This document shows positions 32,266 to 43,378 of a stretch of DNA of 64,000 nt, in pieces; the stretch's first letter is position 1; each line of letters starts with the position of its first letter. The notes below the pieces were generated by a model that made no database searches, was not told the DNA's origin, and was given only the letters and a program-made list of their open reading frames with translations. The stretch lies in the NCBI GenBank assembly GCA_963777045.1, contig CAVZPD010000009.1:371009-435008 (forward strand), given 5' to 3'. The translations under genes were made by a program, and so were the position numbers. Source of the DNA: an uncultured Chloroflexia bacterium (lineage in GTDB: Bacteria; Chloroflexota; Limnocylindria; QHBO01).

Positions 32266-32733
32266 ATGGCAAGGCGTTTCGGCGCTTCGATCGTGGCCGC
32301 TGCCATGCTGTCGGCGTGCTGTGCGCTGGCGCCATCGCCACCGCCCTTGCCGATCGCAGCCGAGACGCCAGCACCATTCGCCGGCGACGTGAGCGAGCTG
32401 CTCGCACACGCCGACGAGTACCTCGGCGCCTCAGTTCGTGTCACGGGGGTGATCGATTTTGTTGCCGAAGGCGGCCCCTCATTCGTGCTCGCACCAGCGC
32501 GCGGCGAAGTGGGGATCGTCGTGCTGGACCTGGACGAGCCGGCCGACGAGTCGCAGACGTTTCGCAACCACGAGGGCGCAACGGCCGAGGTGGAGGGCAC
32601 CCTCTACGAGCTCACGCCAGAGAACGTCGACCGAGCGAATCTGCGGACGGTCGAGGGCCGCGCCTTCGTCCACGTCTTCGACGGCAGCGGCATGCAGTAC
32701 CTGATCATCGGTCACACCGTCTCAGTGGGGTGA
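32266..32733 (+). CDS. hypothetical lipoprotein (possible OB-fold)
   Basis: Signal peptide with a lipobox (AAAMLSAC). The mature part is VRVTGVIDFVAEGGPSFVLAPARGEVGIVVLDLDEP...EVEGTLYELTP. Confidence 0.45.
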   Translation: MARRFGASIVAAAMLSACCALAPSPPPLPIAAETPAPFAGDVSELLAHADEYLGASVRVTGVIDFVAEGGPSFVLAPARGEVGIVVLDLDEPADESQTFRNHEGATAEVEGTLYELTPENVDRANLRTVEGRAFVHVFDGSGMQYLIIGHTVSVG

Positions 32734-32747
32734 GGTCGGGAAGGAGC

Positions 32748-33353
32748 CTACGACTCGGGCTTGGTATCGGCCTCCGGCAGCACCGGGTAGTCCGGAATCG
32801 GGTAGATGCCCACCACGAACCCGTACGCGGTCTGTCCCGACCGTGGGATTCGGTCGAACTCCTGGACGAGCTGCATCGCGCGCGCCCAGAACTCCGACGC
32901 CCGCTCCGGGGGAATGCGGGCGTGGCGGATGAACGACCACAGCCGATGCGCCTGGTACGCCTCCTGTGATTCCCCGGCGGCGACCTCGAAATCGTTGAAG
33001 TCCAGCGGTAGGATGCCCTCCCGCTCGCGCCCCCCGACGCCGACGTAGAACATGCGCGCCGTCCGGCCGTAGTAGCGCTCCTCGATTGCGCGGACGCGGC
33101 GCGTGCGGACCACCCGGACGAGTCCCGCGTCCTGGAGCACGCCGACGTGGTACGCGACGGTGCTCTTCGGCCGCCCGACGGCGGTGGCCACCTCGGTGAC
33201 GCTGGCGGCTCGTTCGTGCAGGAGGCCAAGGATCGTCGTGCGGAGTGGATGGCTGATGGCCTGCACCTGCGCCGGGGCGGTCAGCATCAACGTGTCGTCG
33301 AGCTCGTAATCGGGCACCGGGGGCTTGTCGGCCATCGGTGAACAGACTATCAT
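32748..33353 (-). CDS. ArsR-family transcriptional regulator with a C-terminal extension
   Basis: The HTH is ISHPLRTTILGLLHERAASVTEVATAVGRPKSTVAYHVGVLQDAGLVRVV. It is divergent from the dienelactone hydrolase gene. Confidence 0.65.
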   Translation of the reverse strand: MIVCSPMADKPPVPDYELDDTLMLTAPAQVQAISHPLRTTILGLLHERAASVTEVATAVGRPKSTVAYHVGVLQDAGLVRVVRTRRVRAIEERYYGRTARMFYVGVGGREREGILPLDFNDFEVAAGESQEAYQAHRLWSFIRHARIPPERASEFWARAMQLVQEFDRIPRSGQTAYGFVVGIYPIPDYPVLPEADTKPES

Positions 33354-33356
33354 CTC

Positions 33357-33366
33357 CGAACGTTCG
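33357..33366. promoter_or_regulatory. perfect 10 bp palindrome CGAACGTTCG in the ArsR / hydrolase divergent promoter region
   Basis: Seen directly. It lies in a 50 bp AT-richer spacer between divergent genes and is a candidate operator. Confidence 0.35.
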
Positions 33367-33404
33367 ACAATTATGGATCAATCACAGCAGAGAGCGGGGA
33401 GACC

Positions 33405-33983
33405 ATGACTGAAGTCGTCTTGTTCCACCACGTCCAGGGCCTCACTCCGGGGGTCGTCGCACTCGCCGACAAGCTGCGTGAGGCGGGCCACAGCGTGCAT
33501 ACGCCCGACCTCTTCGATGGTCGGACCTTCCCGACGCTGGAGGAGGGAATGGCCCACGCGAAGTCCGTCGGCTTCGGTGCCATCCTGGAGCGCGGCGTCG
33601 CCGAGGGGGAGGCGCTGCCGTCGGAGATCGTCTACATGGGCATCTCCATGGGCGTCATGCCTGCCCAGCAGCTGGCTCAGACGCGCGATGGCGCTCGCGG
33701 AGCGGTGCTGATCGACTCCTGCCTGCCGCTCGAGGAGTTCGGCGGCGCATGGCCCGACGGAGTCCCAGCCCAGGTTCACGGCATGGACGCCGACCCGATC
33801 TTCGCCGGCGAGGGCGACCTGGACGCGGCGCGTGCGCTTGTCGACTCGACCGACGCGGCCGAGCTCTTCCTCTACCCAGGCAACGCGCACCTCTTCTCGG
33901 ATTCCTCGCTGCCCTCCTACGACGCGGCGGCGACGGAGCTCATGATCGGTCGGATCCTGGCATTCCTCTCGACGCTCACCTGA
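33405..33983 (+). CDS. dienelactone hydrolase family protein
   Basis: MTEVVLFHHVQGLTPGVVALADKLREAGHSVHTPDLFDGRTF... has alpha/beta-hydrolase DLH-family features. Confidence 0.65.
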   Translation: MTEVVLFHHVQGLTPGVVALADKLREAGHSVHTPDLFDGRTFPTLEEGMAHAKSVGFGAILERGVAEGEALPSEIVYMGISMGVMPAQQLAQTRDGARGAVLIDSCLPLEEFGGAWPDGVPAQVHGMDADPIFAGEGDLDAARALVDSTDAAELFLYPGNAHLFSDSSLPSYDAAATELMIGRILAFLSTLT

Positions 33984-35175
33984 CCAACTGGGAATCGCGC
34001 TCCTGGCCGGCCGGGATGACGCCGACGGCGAGGAACGGGAAGAGCGCGGCCGCCCCGAAGGCGATCCCGTAGCCGGTCGCGGCGCTCGCGGAGATCGCCA
34101 GGATGGCCGCTACGGTGGGCGGCACGGCGGCGCCGATCAGGTTCTGGAACGTGTTCTGGACGCCCAACGCGCGCCCGGCCCACGCGCGCCCGGCGTACTC
34201 GGCGACGGCGGTGAAGGCGAGGCCGTTCGGGCTGACGGTCACGATCATCGCCGCGAGGATCGCAACGTCGGCGAAGGATGAGCCGATGGTCGCCAGCACC
34301 CCCAGCACGGCCATCGTCGAGCCGATGACGATCGCCAGCCAGCGCATCGGCGTCAGGCGGGTCCCGAGCCGATCGGACCACCAGCCGGCCGCGATCCGCC
34401 CCGACGCGCCTGTGAGCTGGCCGACCGCCACCAGCAGCCCGGCGGGCGTCTCCTGCCAGCCGCGCCCGGTCACCAGGAAGTCGAAGGCGAAGGCCAGGAT
34501 GGCGGTCTGCGAGATGATCAGCAGCCCCGACGCCGCGTGGATGCGCCACAGGTAGGCGGCGCGGTAGGGCGTGCCCGAAGGCGGCGCCACATCGTGGTGT
34601 CCGCCCGTCCTGAGCGGATCGCGGACGAGGGTGGCCACCATGGCGCCCGAGACGAGGCAGCCGATGGCCAGGAAGACGAATGCGCCGCCGATCCCGTTGG
34701 CCGCCAGCGCGGGCAGCGCGAGCGCGGCCAGCGCCACGCCCAGTGGCTGGCCCGTCTGCCGGATGCCCATCGCCAGGCCCCGTTCGCGCGAGGCGAACCA
34801 GCCCAGGATCAGGCGTCCGCTTGCGGCATGCACGGCGGAGCTCGTCGCTCCGACCACGAAGAGGAGCGGCAGGAGGAGCGTCCCCTCGCCGACCTGGCTG
34901 GCTGCCAGCAGCGTGGATCCCGCAGCCGTCAGGCCGATACTCAGCACGACGCGCTCGCCCCATCGGTCGGCGGCCCAACCCCAGGCGATGAGGCCCGCCA
35001 CCACGCCCAGCACCGGGGCGGTGATGAGCGCCGCCGCCAGGCGGATGTCGAACCCCTCGGCGCGCAGGGCGGGCAGAAGGAACGCGTAGCCGTACTGGGC
35101 GGCGCAGGCGGTGATGAGCGAAACGAGACCGACGGCGAGCATGACCCACCGCAGAGCCGGCGAGCGCGGCGTCAT
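33976..35175 (-). CDS. MFS transporter
   Basis: 399 aa with 12 predicted TM segments and a typical MFS loop (GWAADRWGER). Confidence 0.7.
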   Translation of the reverse strand: MTPRSPALRWVMLAVGLVSLITACAAQYGYAFLLPALRAEGFDIRLAAALITAPVLGVVAGLIAWGWAADRWGERVVLSIGLTAAGSTLLAASQVGEGTLLLPLLFVVGATSSAVHAASGRLILGWFASRERGLAMGIRQTGQPLGVALAALALPALAANGIGGAFVFLAIGCLVSGAMVATLVRDPLRTGGHHDVAPPSGTPYRAAYLWRIHAASGLLIISQTAILAFAFDFLVTGRGWQETPAGLLVAVGQLTGASGRIAAGWWSDRLGTRLTPMRWLAIVIGSTMAVLGVLATIGSSFADVAILAAMIVTVSPNGLAFTAVAEYAGRAWAGRALGVQNTFQNLIGAAVPPTVAAILAISASAATGYGIAFGAAALFPFLAVGVIPAGQERDSQLVR

Positions 35176-35197
35176 CGGTTCATGGTCGCAGATCCGC

Positions 35198-36085
35198 TTA
35201 TCCCGAAGAAGTCGCCATGGGTGATCGACGTCGCCGGTCGCTGAGCGTCACGCCGATGGCCGCGACCGTGACGCACGCGATCGCCGCCACGCCCGTCGGC
35301 GGAAGCGCCTGGCCGAGGATGAGCAGGCCGACCACTGCAGCAGCGACCGGCTCGAGCGTCACGATGACGCCGTAGGCGCGTGCGGTCATCCGTTGCAATG
35401 CCTCGAACTCCAGGGAGAGCGGCAGGGCCGTGGAGAAGATCGCGACCGCAAGCGCGCCGGCAAGCACGGGAAGTTCCATCCGTTCCAGTCCCCCTGCCGC
35501 CAGACCGAAGGGCAGCGTGACGACGCCGGCCACCGTCATCGCCAGGGCGAGGCCGGCACCTCCCACGCCGTTCGCCACCCGCGGGCTGAGCAGCACGAAG
35601 GCAGCCCACCCCATGCCGGCCGCCAGCGCAAGGCCGATGCCGAGCGGGTCGAGCGAGCCGCCGATCTCCGGCGTCAGCAGCACCAGCCCGGCCACGGCAA
35701 GGCCGATCCAAAGGAACTCGGTGAGCCGGCGCGAGGTCAACGCCGCGACCCCGAGGGGCCCCACGAACTCGATGGCCACCGCGATGCCCAGCGGGATGCG
35801 CGAGATGGCGCCGTAGAAGGACATGTTCATGGCGCCGATGACGCAGCCGAGCAGGATCAGCAGCCCGACGTGGCGGCGGGCTCGCGCATCGATCTGGCGC
35901 CCCGTCGCGACCAGCAGCAGGATCGCGGAGAAGGCGATGCGCAGGAACGTCGTGGTGATCGGACCCAGGGTCGCGAACAGGTTCACCGCCACTGCGGCGC
36001 CCAGCTGGATCGAGGTGATCGACACAACGAGCAGCGCCGGCGGGGGAACGGCCTCGGCGACGCGGGCGAAAGGACGAGCCTGCAT
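35198..36085 (-). CDS. EamA/DMT-family transporter
   Basis: 295 aa, about 10 TM helices, with the duplicated EamA domain pattern. Confidence 0.65.
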   Translation of the reverse strand: MQARPFARVAEAVPPPALLVVSITSIQLGAAVAVNLFATLGPITTTFLRIAFSAILLLVATGRQIDARARRHVGLLILLGCVIGAMNMSFYGAISRIPLGIAVAIEFVGPLGVAALTSRRLTEFLWIGLAVAGLVLLTPEIGGSLDPLGIGLALAAGMGWAAFVLLSPRVANGVGGAGLALAMTVAGVVTLPFGLAAGGLERMELPVLAGALAVAIFSTALPLSLEFEALQRMTARAYGVIVTLEPVAAAVVGLLILGQALPPTGVAAIACVTVAAIGVTLSDRRRRSPMATSSG

Positions 36086-36143
36086 CCCGCCACGGTACCC
36101 GGCAGAGGCGGGGGCTTGCGCGGGCCGCTACATTGGCGGCCTC

Positions 36144-37872
36144 ATGAGCACCGAGCAATACGATCCCCGGGAGCACTCCCGCCGCCTCGTCGACGGTCCG
36201 GACCGCGCCGCTGCGCGGGCGATGCTGAAGGCCATCGGCTTCACCGACGAGGACCTGTCGAAGCCGATTATCGGCGTCGGATCCAGCTGGATCGAGACGA
36301 TGCCCTGCAACTACAACCAGCGCCACCTCGCCGAGCTGGTGAAGGACGGGATCCGGGCGGCCGGTGGCACGCCGATGGAGTTCAACACGATCGCCGTGTC
36401 GGACGGGGTCAGCATGGGCACCGAGGGGATGAAGGCATCGCTGGTCAGTCGCGAGGTGATCGCCGACTCGATCGAGCTGGTGGCGCGCGGCCACCTCTTC
36501 GACGGGCTGGTGATCCTGGTCGGCTGCGACAAGACCATTCCGGCGGCCGCCATGGCGCTCGCGCGCCTGGACCTGCCGGGCCTCGCGCTCTACAACGGGA
36601 CGATCCAGCCGGGCGTGGTGCGTGGGAAGCGCGATGCCACGGTGGTGACCGTGTTCGAAGCGATCGGCGCATACCGGGCCGGGAAGATCTCGCTCGAGGA
36701 GCTGCGCGAGATCGAGGACGCGTCGTGCCCGGGGCCAGGCGCCTGCGGCGGGCAGTTCACGGCCAACACGATGGCCACCGCACTCGAGTTCCTGGGCATC
36801 TCGCCGGGCGGGCTGAACGGCATTCCCGGCGACCGACCCGGCCAAGGACGACGCGGCCCGTCGCAGTGGCGAGCTGGCGATGGAGCTGGTGCGGGAAGGG
36901 ACGCGGCCGTCGCAGATCATGACCCGGGCCGCCATCGACAACGCGATCGCATCGGTCACCTCCATGGGCGGCTCGACGAACGGCGTGCTGCACCTGCTGG
37001 CCATCGCGCACGAGCTGGGGATCCCGCTCGAGATCGACGACTTCGACCGCATTGCGGCACGCACGCCCATCGTGGCCAACATGACTCCGGGAGGCCGATA
37101 CACGGCGGTCGACATCCACGAGGCGGGAGGCATCGGCCTGGTCGCCCGCGAGCTGATCCGAGGCGGGCTGATCGACGGGTCCACCCGCAACGTGGACGGG
37201 CGGACGCTGGCCGAGGTGGCGGACGCCGCGGTGGAGACACCCGGCCAGGAGGTGGTCGTCTCGGTCGAGCACCCGATCAAGCCGACCGGTGGCCTGGCGA
37301 TCCTGCACGGCTCGCTGGCGCCCGACGGCTGCGTCATCAAGCTGGCCGGCCACGAGCGCCGGCACCATCGCGGTCCGGCGCGGGTCTACGACTCGGAGGC
37401 CGAGTGCTACGACGCGGTGCGCGCGCAGCAGATCCTGCCAGGCGACGTGGTCGTCATCCGCAACGAGGGCCCGGTCGGCGGGCCCGGCATGCAGGAGATG
37501 CTCTCCGTCACCGCCGCGCTGGTGGGGGAGGGGCTGGGCGGAGACGTCGCGCTGCTCACCGACGGCCGCTTCTCGGGCGGAACCCACGGGCTGATGATCG
37601 GGCACGTGGCGCCGGAGGCGGCGCTGGGCGGACCCATCGCGCTGGTGCGCGAGGGGGACGAGATCGAGATCGACGTGGACGCGCGGCGGCTGGACCTGCT
37701 GGTGGACGACGAGGAGCTGGCGCGACGGCGGGCTGCCTGGTCGCCTGCTCCGCCCCGCTATCCCGGCGGCGTGCTCGCCAAGTACGCGGCGCAGGTGTCA
37801 TCGGCCTCGGAGGGTGCCGTGACGACAGGCGCCCGCATGCGTCGCCAGCTGGAGAGCGCCACCGACGGCTGA
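36144..37872 (+). CDS. ilvD: dihydroxy-acid dehydratase; single-base insertion near 36832
   Basis: [33 protein letters not shown]...[11 protein letters not shown]...[17 protein letters not shown]... is the N-terminus. Deleting one G in [10 protein letters not shown] restores ...[26 protein letters not shown]... and the C-terminus ...[28 protein letters not shown]...*. Confidence 0.8.
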
Positions 37873-38085
37873 TCGGACGTGGAGCAGCGGAATCGGCCGG
37901 CGCTCGCCGGTTTCCGCCAGTAGGTGGCGCTAACGGCCGAGATATTCCGCCAGGGCGTCCGGACGGGCCCGCTTCTCGGCCGATTCCTTCAATGGCTGGC
38001 GGAAAGAGGCACGAATCGACACCGGACGCGAGATTCTCGGTCGATACCGCCAGCAGATGGCGGATCTGCGACGAACGCGCGTAAC

Positions 38086-39939
38086 TCAGTCCCGGCCCAG
38101 ATAGATCAGGCTGGCCATCATGCGGTCCAGGACTGCCTTGTTCAGGACGTAGTCGACCGCGCCTTCGCTCGAGGTGGCGGCGTCCAGGCTCGGCCCAAGG
38201 GAGGGGGCAGGCTCGAAGCTCACGCCGTAGCGGTAGCTCGGGGCGATTCGTTCGTAGCCGCCACCCTCGTATCCGATGCCGATCTGCTCACCGCGGAAAC
38301 CATCGCGCCCACCGATGCTGACCGTCTCCGCCAAGTCGTAGTCCGGTGAGTTGATCACCCCAAACCCGCCATCGATGGCAGTGATCACGATGGCCACCGA
38401 ATCGGGCATGTCGCGGACATTCGAGACTTCGAATGGCACCGGCGAGAACCAGCTGCAGGCCGGCAGTTCGCCGACCGTCGCATTCGTGTACCACGACGCG
38501 GGGAACGCGATCGTGAAGTTGCCCACCGGGTTGGTGCAGGTGTCGACAGTCTCGAACAGGGCATCGGCCTGTGCGCTGTCGATGACGGTGAAGGGGCCGC
38601 CCGGGTTTGGCCGATAAGTGACCGGCGTCGGGGTCGGAATGGGGTTCACGCGGTTGATCGATACGACCACGAACTGCTGGGCGCACCAGAGCGCCGACTC
38701 CTCGGCGGTTTCGGACATGCCGGCGGGCAGATCGGTCCGACGGCAACCTGAGCTCCGCTCGTCATTGAAGTGTCCGGTAGCCTCAACCTCCTCGCCAACC
38801 GGGAACCCACCGGCAGTCGGGTCTACATGGACGGAGAGTATTGGCCCCCACGTCTCCGGCGAACCGGCCAGCAGGGCAAGATCGGGAGCATCGACGAGCC
38901 ACGCCGGGTCACCCCCGAAACCAGACCCGAAGTCGGCCTCCTGTGCGGAGCCACGCAACGTCTGGTTCGTGCTCCCAAAGCAGACCAGCAGCTCGGGCGG
39001 CGTCAAGCCAGCCATCACCGACGAGAGGCCCTGGACCCGGGTATCCGGGCACTGGAGTTGCGTGGGGCGCAGCGTCGACTGGCCATCCAGCTCCAGCGGC
39101 GCCCAGGCGAAGGCCCAGCCCGACGCACCATCGGTCGACACCCAGGTCTCGACTCGTCGCCATCCATCCATGGCGGGGCGATCAGTCACATACACGCGGA
39201 CGTGCTGATCGGTGTCCGTTGCGCCGAATGCGAGCACCTCACCTACGACCTGGGAATTCAGGTCCTGGTCCGCGTACAGCGGTAGCGTCTCGACAGCGAC
39301 CTCGGCGAAGCTGTCGTAGTCGGGCGCATAGACCGATGGGGAGCTGTTCGCCGTGGGCGAGGCCGTCGCATCGAGCTCGGCGAGCATGCCGGTGACATCG
39401 ACGTTGACGTAGTAGTAGGACTCGCCATCCGGCTCGTCGCCAACGTAGACGCACACCATGTGACCCGATGGCGATGCGGGTGGCGACGGTTGGGAGATCG
39501 GGCCCAACACGTCCGGGAGCTGAACTCCCTCATCGAAGACCACGGCGAAGGCCGGCTGGTCCACCTCGAGCTCCGGCGAGCGGCCCATGTTCGGGAAGTA
39601 GCGCTGGTAATCGGCTGCGACGAAGGGGAAGGCGGCGATCACCTGGTCCCCATTGCCCAGGCCGCCGCCGCAGGCCGCGAAGCGGGGATCGGACGCGACG
39701 ATCGGGAACGAGGGCGAGGCGCTCGGCCCGCCGCTCGGCGGCAGCTTCACGACGAGCGTCGCAACCACCGCCACCACTGCGACAGCCGCCACGGTGACGA
39801 CCGCCGGCAGGAACCCCGCGAACCACGAGCGGTGGACCGGCGTGGACGTGATCTCGGCCATGACGCGGTCGGACAGCCCCATCGGCGCATCCACCCGCGA
39901 GCGCGACCGCAGGTACTCGACGATCTGCTCGTCGTTCAC
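38086..39939 (-). CDS. membrane protein with a large extracytoplasmic domain, co-oriented downstream of an ECF sigma factor (putative anti-sigma factor)
   Basis: 617 aa with one TM helix (AGFLPAVVTVAAVAVVAVVATLVV) after a ~50 aa cytoplasmic N-terminus, then a ~550 aa external domain. Its start overlaps the sigma factor stop. Confidence 0.5.
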   Translation of the reverse strand: MNDEQIVEYLRSRSRVDAPMGLSDRVMAEITSTPVHRSWFAGFLPAVVTVAAVAVVAVVATLVVKLPPSGGPSASPSFPIVASDPRFAACGGGLGNGDQVIAAFPFVAADYQRYFPNMGRSPELEVDQPAFAVVFDEGVQLPDVLGPISQPSPPASPSGHMVCVYVGDEPDGESYYYVNVDVTGMLAELDATASPTANSSPSVYAPDYDSFAEVAVETLPLYADQDLNSQVVGEVLAFGATDTDQHVRVYVTDRPAMDGWRRVETWVSTDGASGWAFAWAPLELDGQSTLRPTQLQCPDTRVQGLSSVMAGLTPPELLVCFGSTNQTLRGSAQEADFGSGFGGDPAWLVDAPDLALLAGSPETWGPILSVHVDPTAGGFPVGEEVEATGHFNDERSSGCRRTDLPAGMSETAEESALWCAQQFVVVSINRVNPIPTPTPVTYRPNPGGPFTVIDSAQADALFETVDTCTNPVGNFTIAFPASWYTNATVGELPACSWFSPVPFEVSNVRDMPDSVAIVITAIDGGFGVINSPDYDLAETVSIGGRDGFRGEQIGIGYEGGGYERIAPSYRYGVSFEPAPSLGPSLDAATSSEGAVDYVLNKAVLDRMMASLIYLGRD

Positions 39940-40460
39940 GACGCCACCTCCGGTTCGGCCCGATCTTCAGGTGTCCCGACCGCGCTGCGCAGGACGCCCA
40001 GGGCCGCGTTGAGCCGCGACTTGGCCGTGCCTTCCGGCACGCCCAGCGCGTCGGCGGACTCGGCGATCGAGTAGCCAAGGCTGTAGTGGAGTGCCAGGAC
40101 CGCCCGCTGGTCGGGGTTGAGGCGCTCGAAGGCCGGTTCCAGGAGGGCGCGCGCCTCGATCGGTCCACGGAAGTCGGCCGGACTGGTGGCCGATGTCTCC
40201 GCCATCGCCATCGGCGCAGCGACCGGGCGGCGGCGCTGGCTTCGGAGCCAGTTGCGCGACCGGTTCACGCAGATCCGGCGCAGCCAGGCCGGGAACGCTT
40301 CCGGGCTTCGGAGGCGTGGCAGCTCCTGCCAGGCCCTGACGAACGTCTCCTGCGCGACGTCGGGTGCGCTCGCTTCGCCGACGATGGCCGCAGCCAGCCG
40401 ATAGATGCCGGACATGTGCTGTTCCACGAGCATCTCGAACGCCTCCTGGTCGCGGGCCAT
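39936..40460 (-). CDS. ECF-type RNA polymerase sigma factor
   Basis: MARDQEAFEMLVEQHMSGIYRLAAAIVG... (region 2) and ...VLALHYSLGYSIAESADALGVPEGTAKSRLNAALGVLR (region 4). The track ORF extends to 40709, but the internal ATG 40460 fits the sigma N-terminus; the GAAGGGAGGG RBS lies ~24 nt upstream of it, too far for ideal spacing, so the start stays ambiguous. Confidence 0.65.
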   Translation of the reverse strand: MARDQEAFEMLVEQHMSGIYRLAAAIVGEASAPDVAQETFVRAWQELPRLRSPEAFPAWLRRICVNRSRNWLRSQRRRPVAAPMAMAETSATSPADFRGPIEARALLEPAFERLNPDQRAVLALHYSLGYSIAESADALGVPEGTAKSRLNAALGVLRSAVGTPEDRAEPEVAS

Positions 40461-40830
40461 GGCTCGGCGGATGGTCTCCAGCAGATTCCCTCCCTTCGGC
40501 CGCTCACTATCCAGACACCGGAATCCCGCGAACTGTTCGCCGTCATTCTTGATCGGCTTGGCTTCTCCGCGAAGGATGCCCGGGGATGCGGGCGAAGCTC
40601 TCACGAGATTCTGTGGCCGCTGTCTTTGGACAGTTCTCGTACCGCACGTCCGCACGTGCGGTACGTGCGGCCAGCGCCGTACGAGGGAAGGCTGACAGCA
40701 GCGGAGCATCGGCCGTGACGACCGGCATCCGCATGCAGCCCTGGGCTGGTATCACCGCTGAGGCGCACACGCAGCGGCGCGCTGAGCGTGACAGGGGGTT
40801 GGGGTTGACAGCGCTGTTAGGGTCCCCCCA

Positions 40831-40974
40831 ATGCACCCGATGAGCGCGCGACTCGCGTCCGCATCGCCGGCGCCGGCCAACCAGGCTGCGCTCGGCGGTT
40901 TCGTCGTGGTACTCGGCATTCTCCGGCTCGTCCTCCTTATTGGATGGCGGGATAGAGGACGCCGGACGGCCTGA
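40831..40974 (+). CDS. Ile/Leu/Val-rich leader peptide of the ilvBNC-leu operon
   Basis: MHPMSARLASASPAPANQAALGGFVVVLGILRLVLLIGWRDRGRRTA* (or a start at the second ATG, 40840). The run FVVVLGILRLVLLI holds 12 branched-chain codons out of 14. TTGACA at 40805-40810 lies just upstream. Confidence 0.5.
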   Translation: MHPMSARLASASPAPANQAALGGFVVVLGILRLVLLIGWRDRGRRTA

Positions 40975-40999
40975 CGGCCAACCGAAAGCGAACCCGAAT

Positions 41000-41036
41000 C
41001 CCGCCAGCCAGCAAGGCCGGCGGGTTTTTCGTTCTC
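41000..41036 (+). terminator. rho-independent terminator (attenuator) between the leader peptide and ilvB
   Basis: cccgccAgcc-AGCAA-ggccggcggg is a 10 bp stem with one mismatch. It is followed by UUUUUCGUUCUCC, about 55 nt before the ilvB ATG. Confidence 0.6.
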
Positions 41037-41090
41037 CGGACCGATAACTCCCAGGACCGAAAGGGAACCCGAAAAAGTGCAGGCAACTTC

Positions 41091-42842
<1,752 letters not shown>

Positions 42843-42844
42843 CA

Positions 42845-43378
42845 GTGTCGGCGGACCCGCATCAGCGCCGGCACGTGGTGAGCGCCCTGGTCATCGACCG
42901 TCCGGGGACGCTCAACCGCGTCTCCGGCCTCTTCCGGGCACGCTCGTTCAACATCGAGTCGCTCACGGTCGGGAGCACGCTGCAGCCGGGCCGATCGCGC
43001 ATGACGGTCGTCATCCGCGGCGACGAGGCGCACCTGCACCAGGTGCTCGCCCAGCTGGAACGACTGATCGAGGTGATCGAGGTCACCGACCTGACCCACG
43101 CGCCGCGCGTCGAGCTGGAGCTCGCGCTGGTTGAGCTCGATGCTCCCTCCGGAGCCGATGACGATGCCGCCATCCGGGCGGTGCTCGAGGCGGCCGGCGG
43201 CGCGGTGATTTCAACCGATGACGGGGCCTGGAGGCTGCGACTGACCGCCGCGCCGGCCGACGTCGAGGAAGCCCTCTCCCTGCTGCGCCGCCACGGGCTG
43301 CGCGGCCTCGTCCGCGCCGGAACGGTCGCCATGGCCGCCGGCGAAGCCATCACGAAGATCGGAGCAAGCACCACATGA
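42845..43378 (+). CDS. ilvN: acetolactate synthase small (regulatory) subunit
   Basis: GTG 42845 lies just after the ilv[63 protein letters not shown]... is the ACT domain. Confidence 0.8.
   Translation: MSADPHQRRHVVSALVIDRPGTLNRVSGLFRARSFNIESLTVGSTLQPGRSRMTVVIRGDEAHLHQVLAQLERLIEVIEVTDLTHAPRVELELALVELDAPSGADDDAAIRAVLEAAGGAVISTDDGAWRLRLTAAPADVEEALSLLRRHGLRGLVRAGTVAMAAGEAITKIGASTT

Noticed and set aside
35172-37340. 722 aa minus-strand ORF and 509 aa + ORF (35393..36922) overlapping the EamA transporter and ilvD
   Set aside because: They overlap real genes on the opposite strand or in other frames, with no conserved motifs and extreme Arg/Gly composition.
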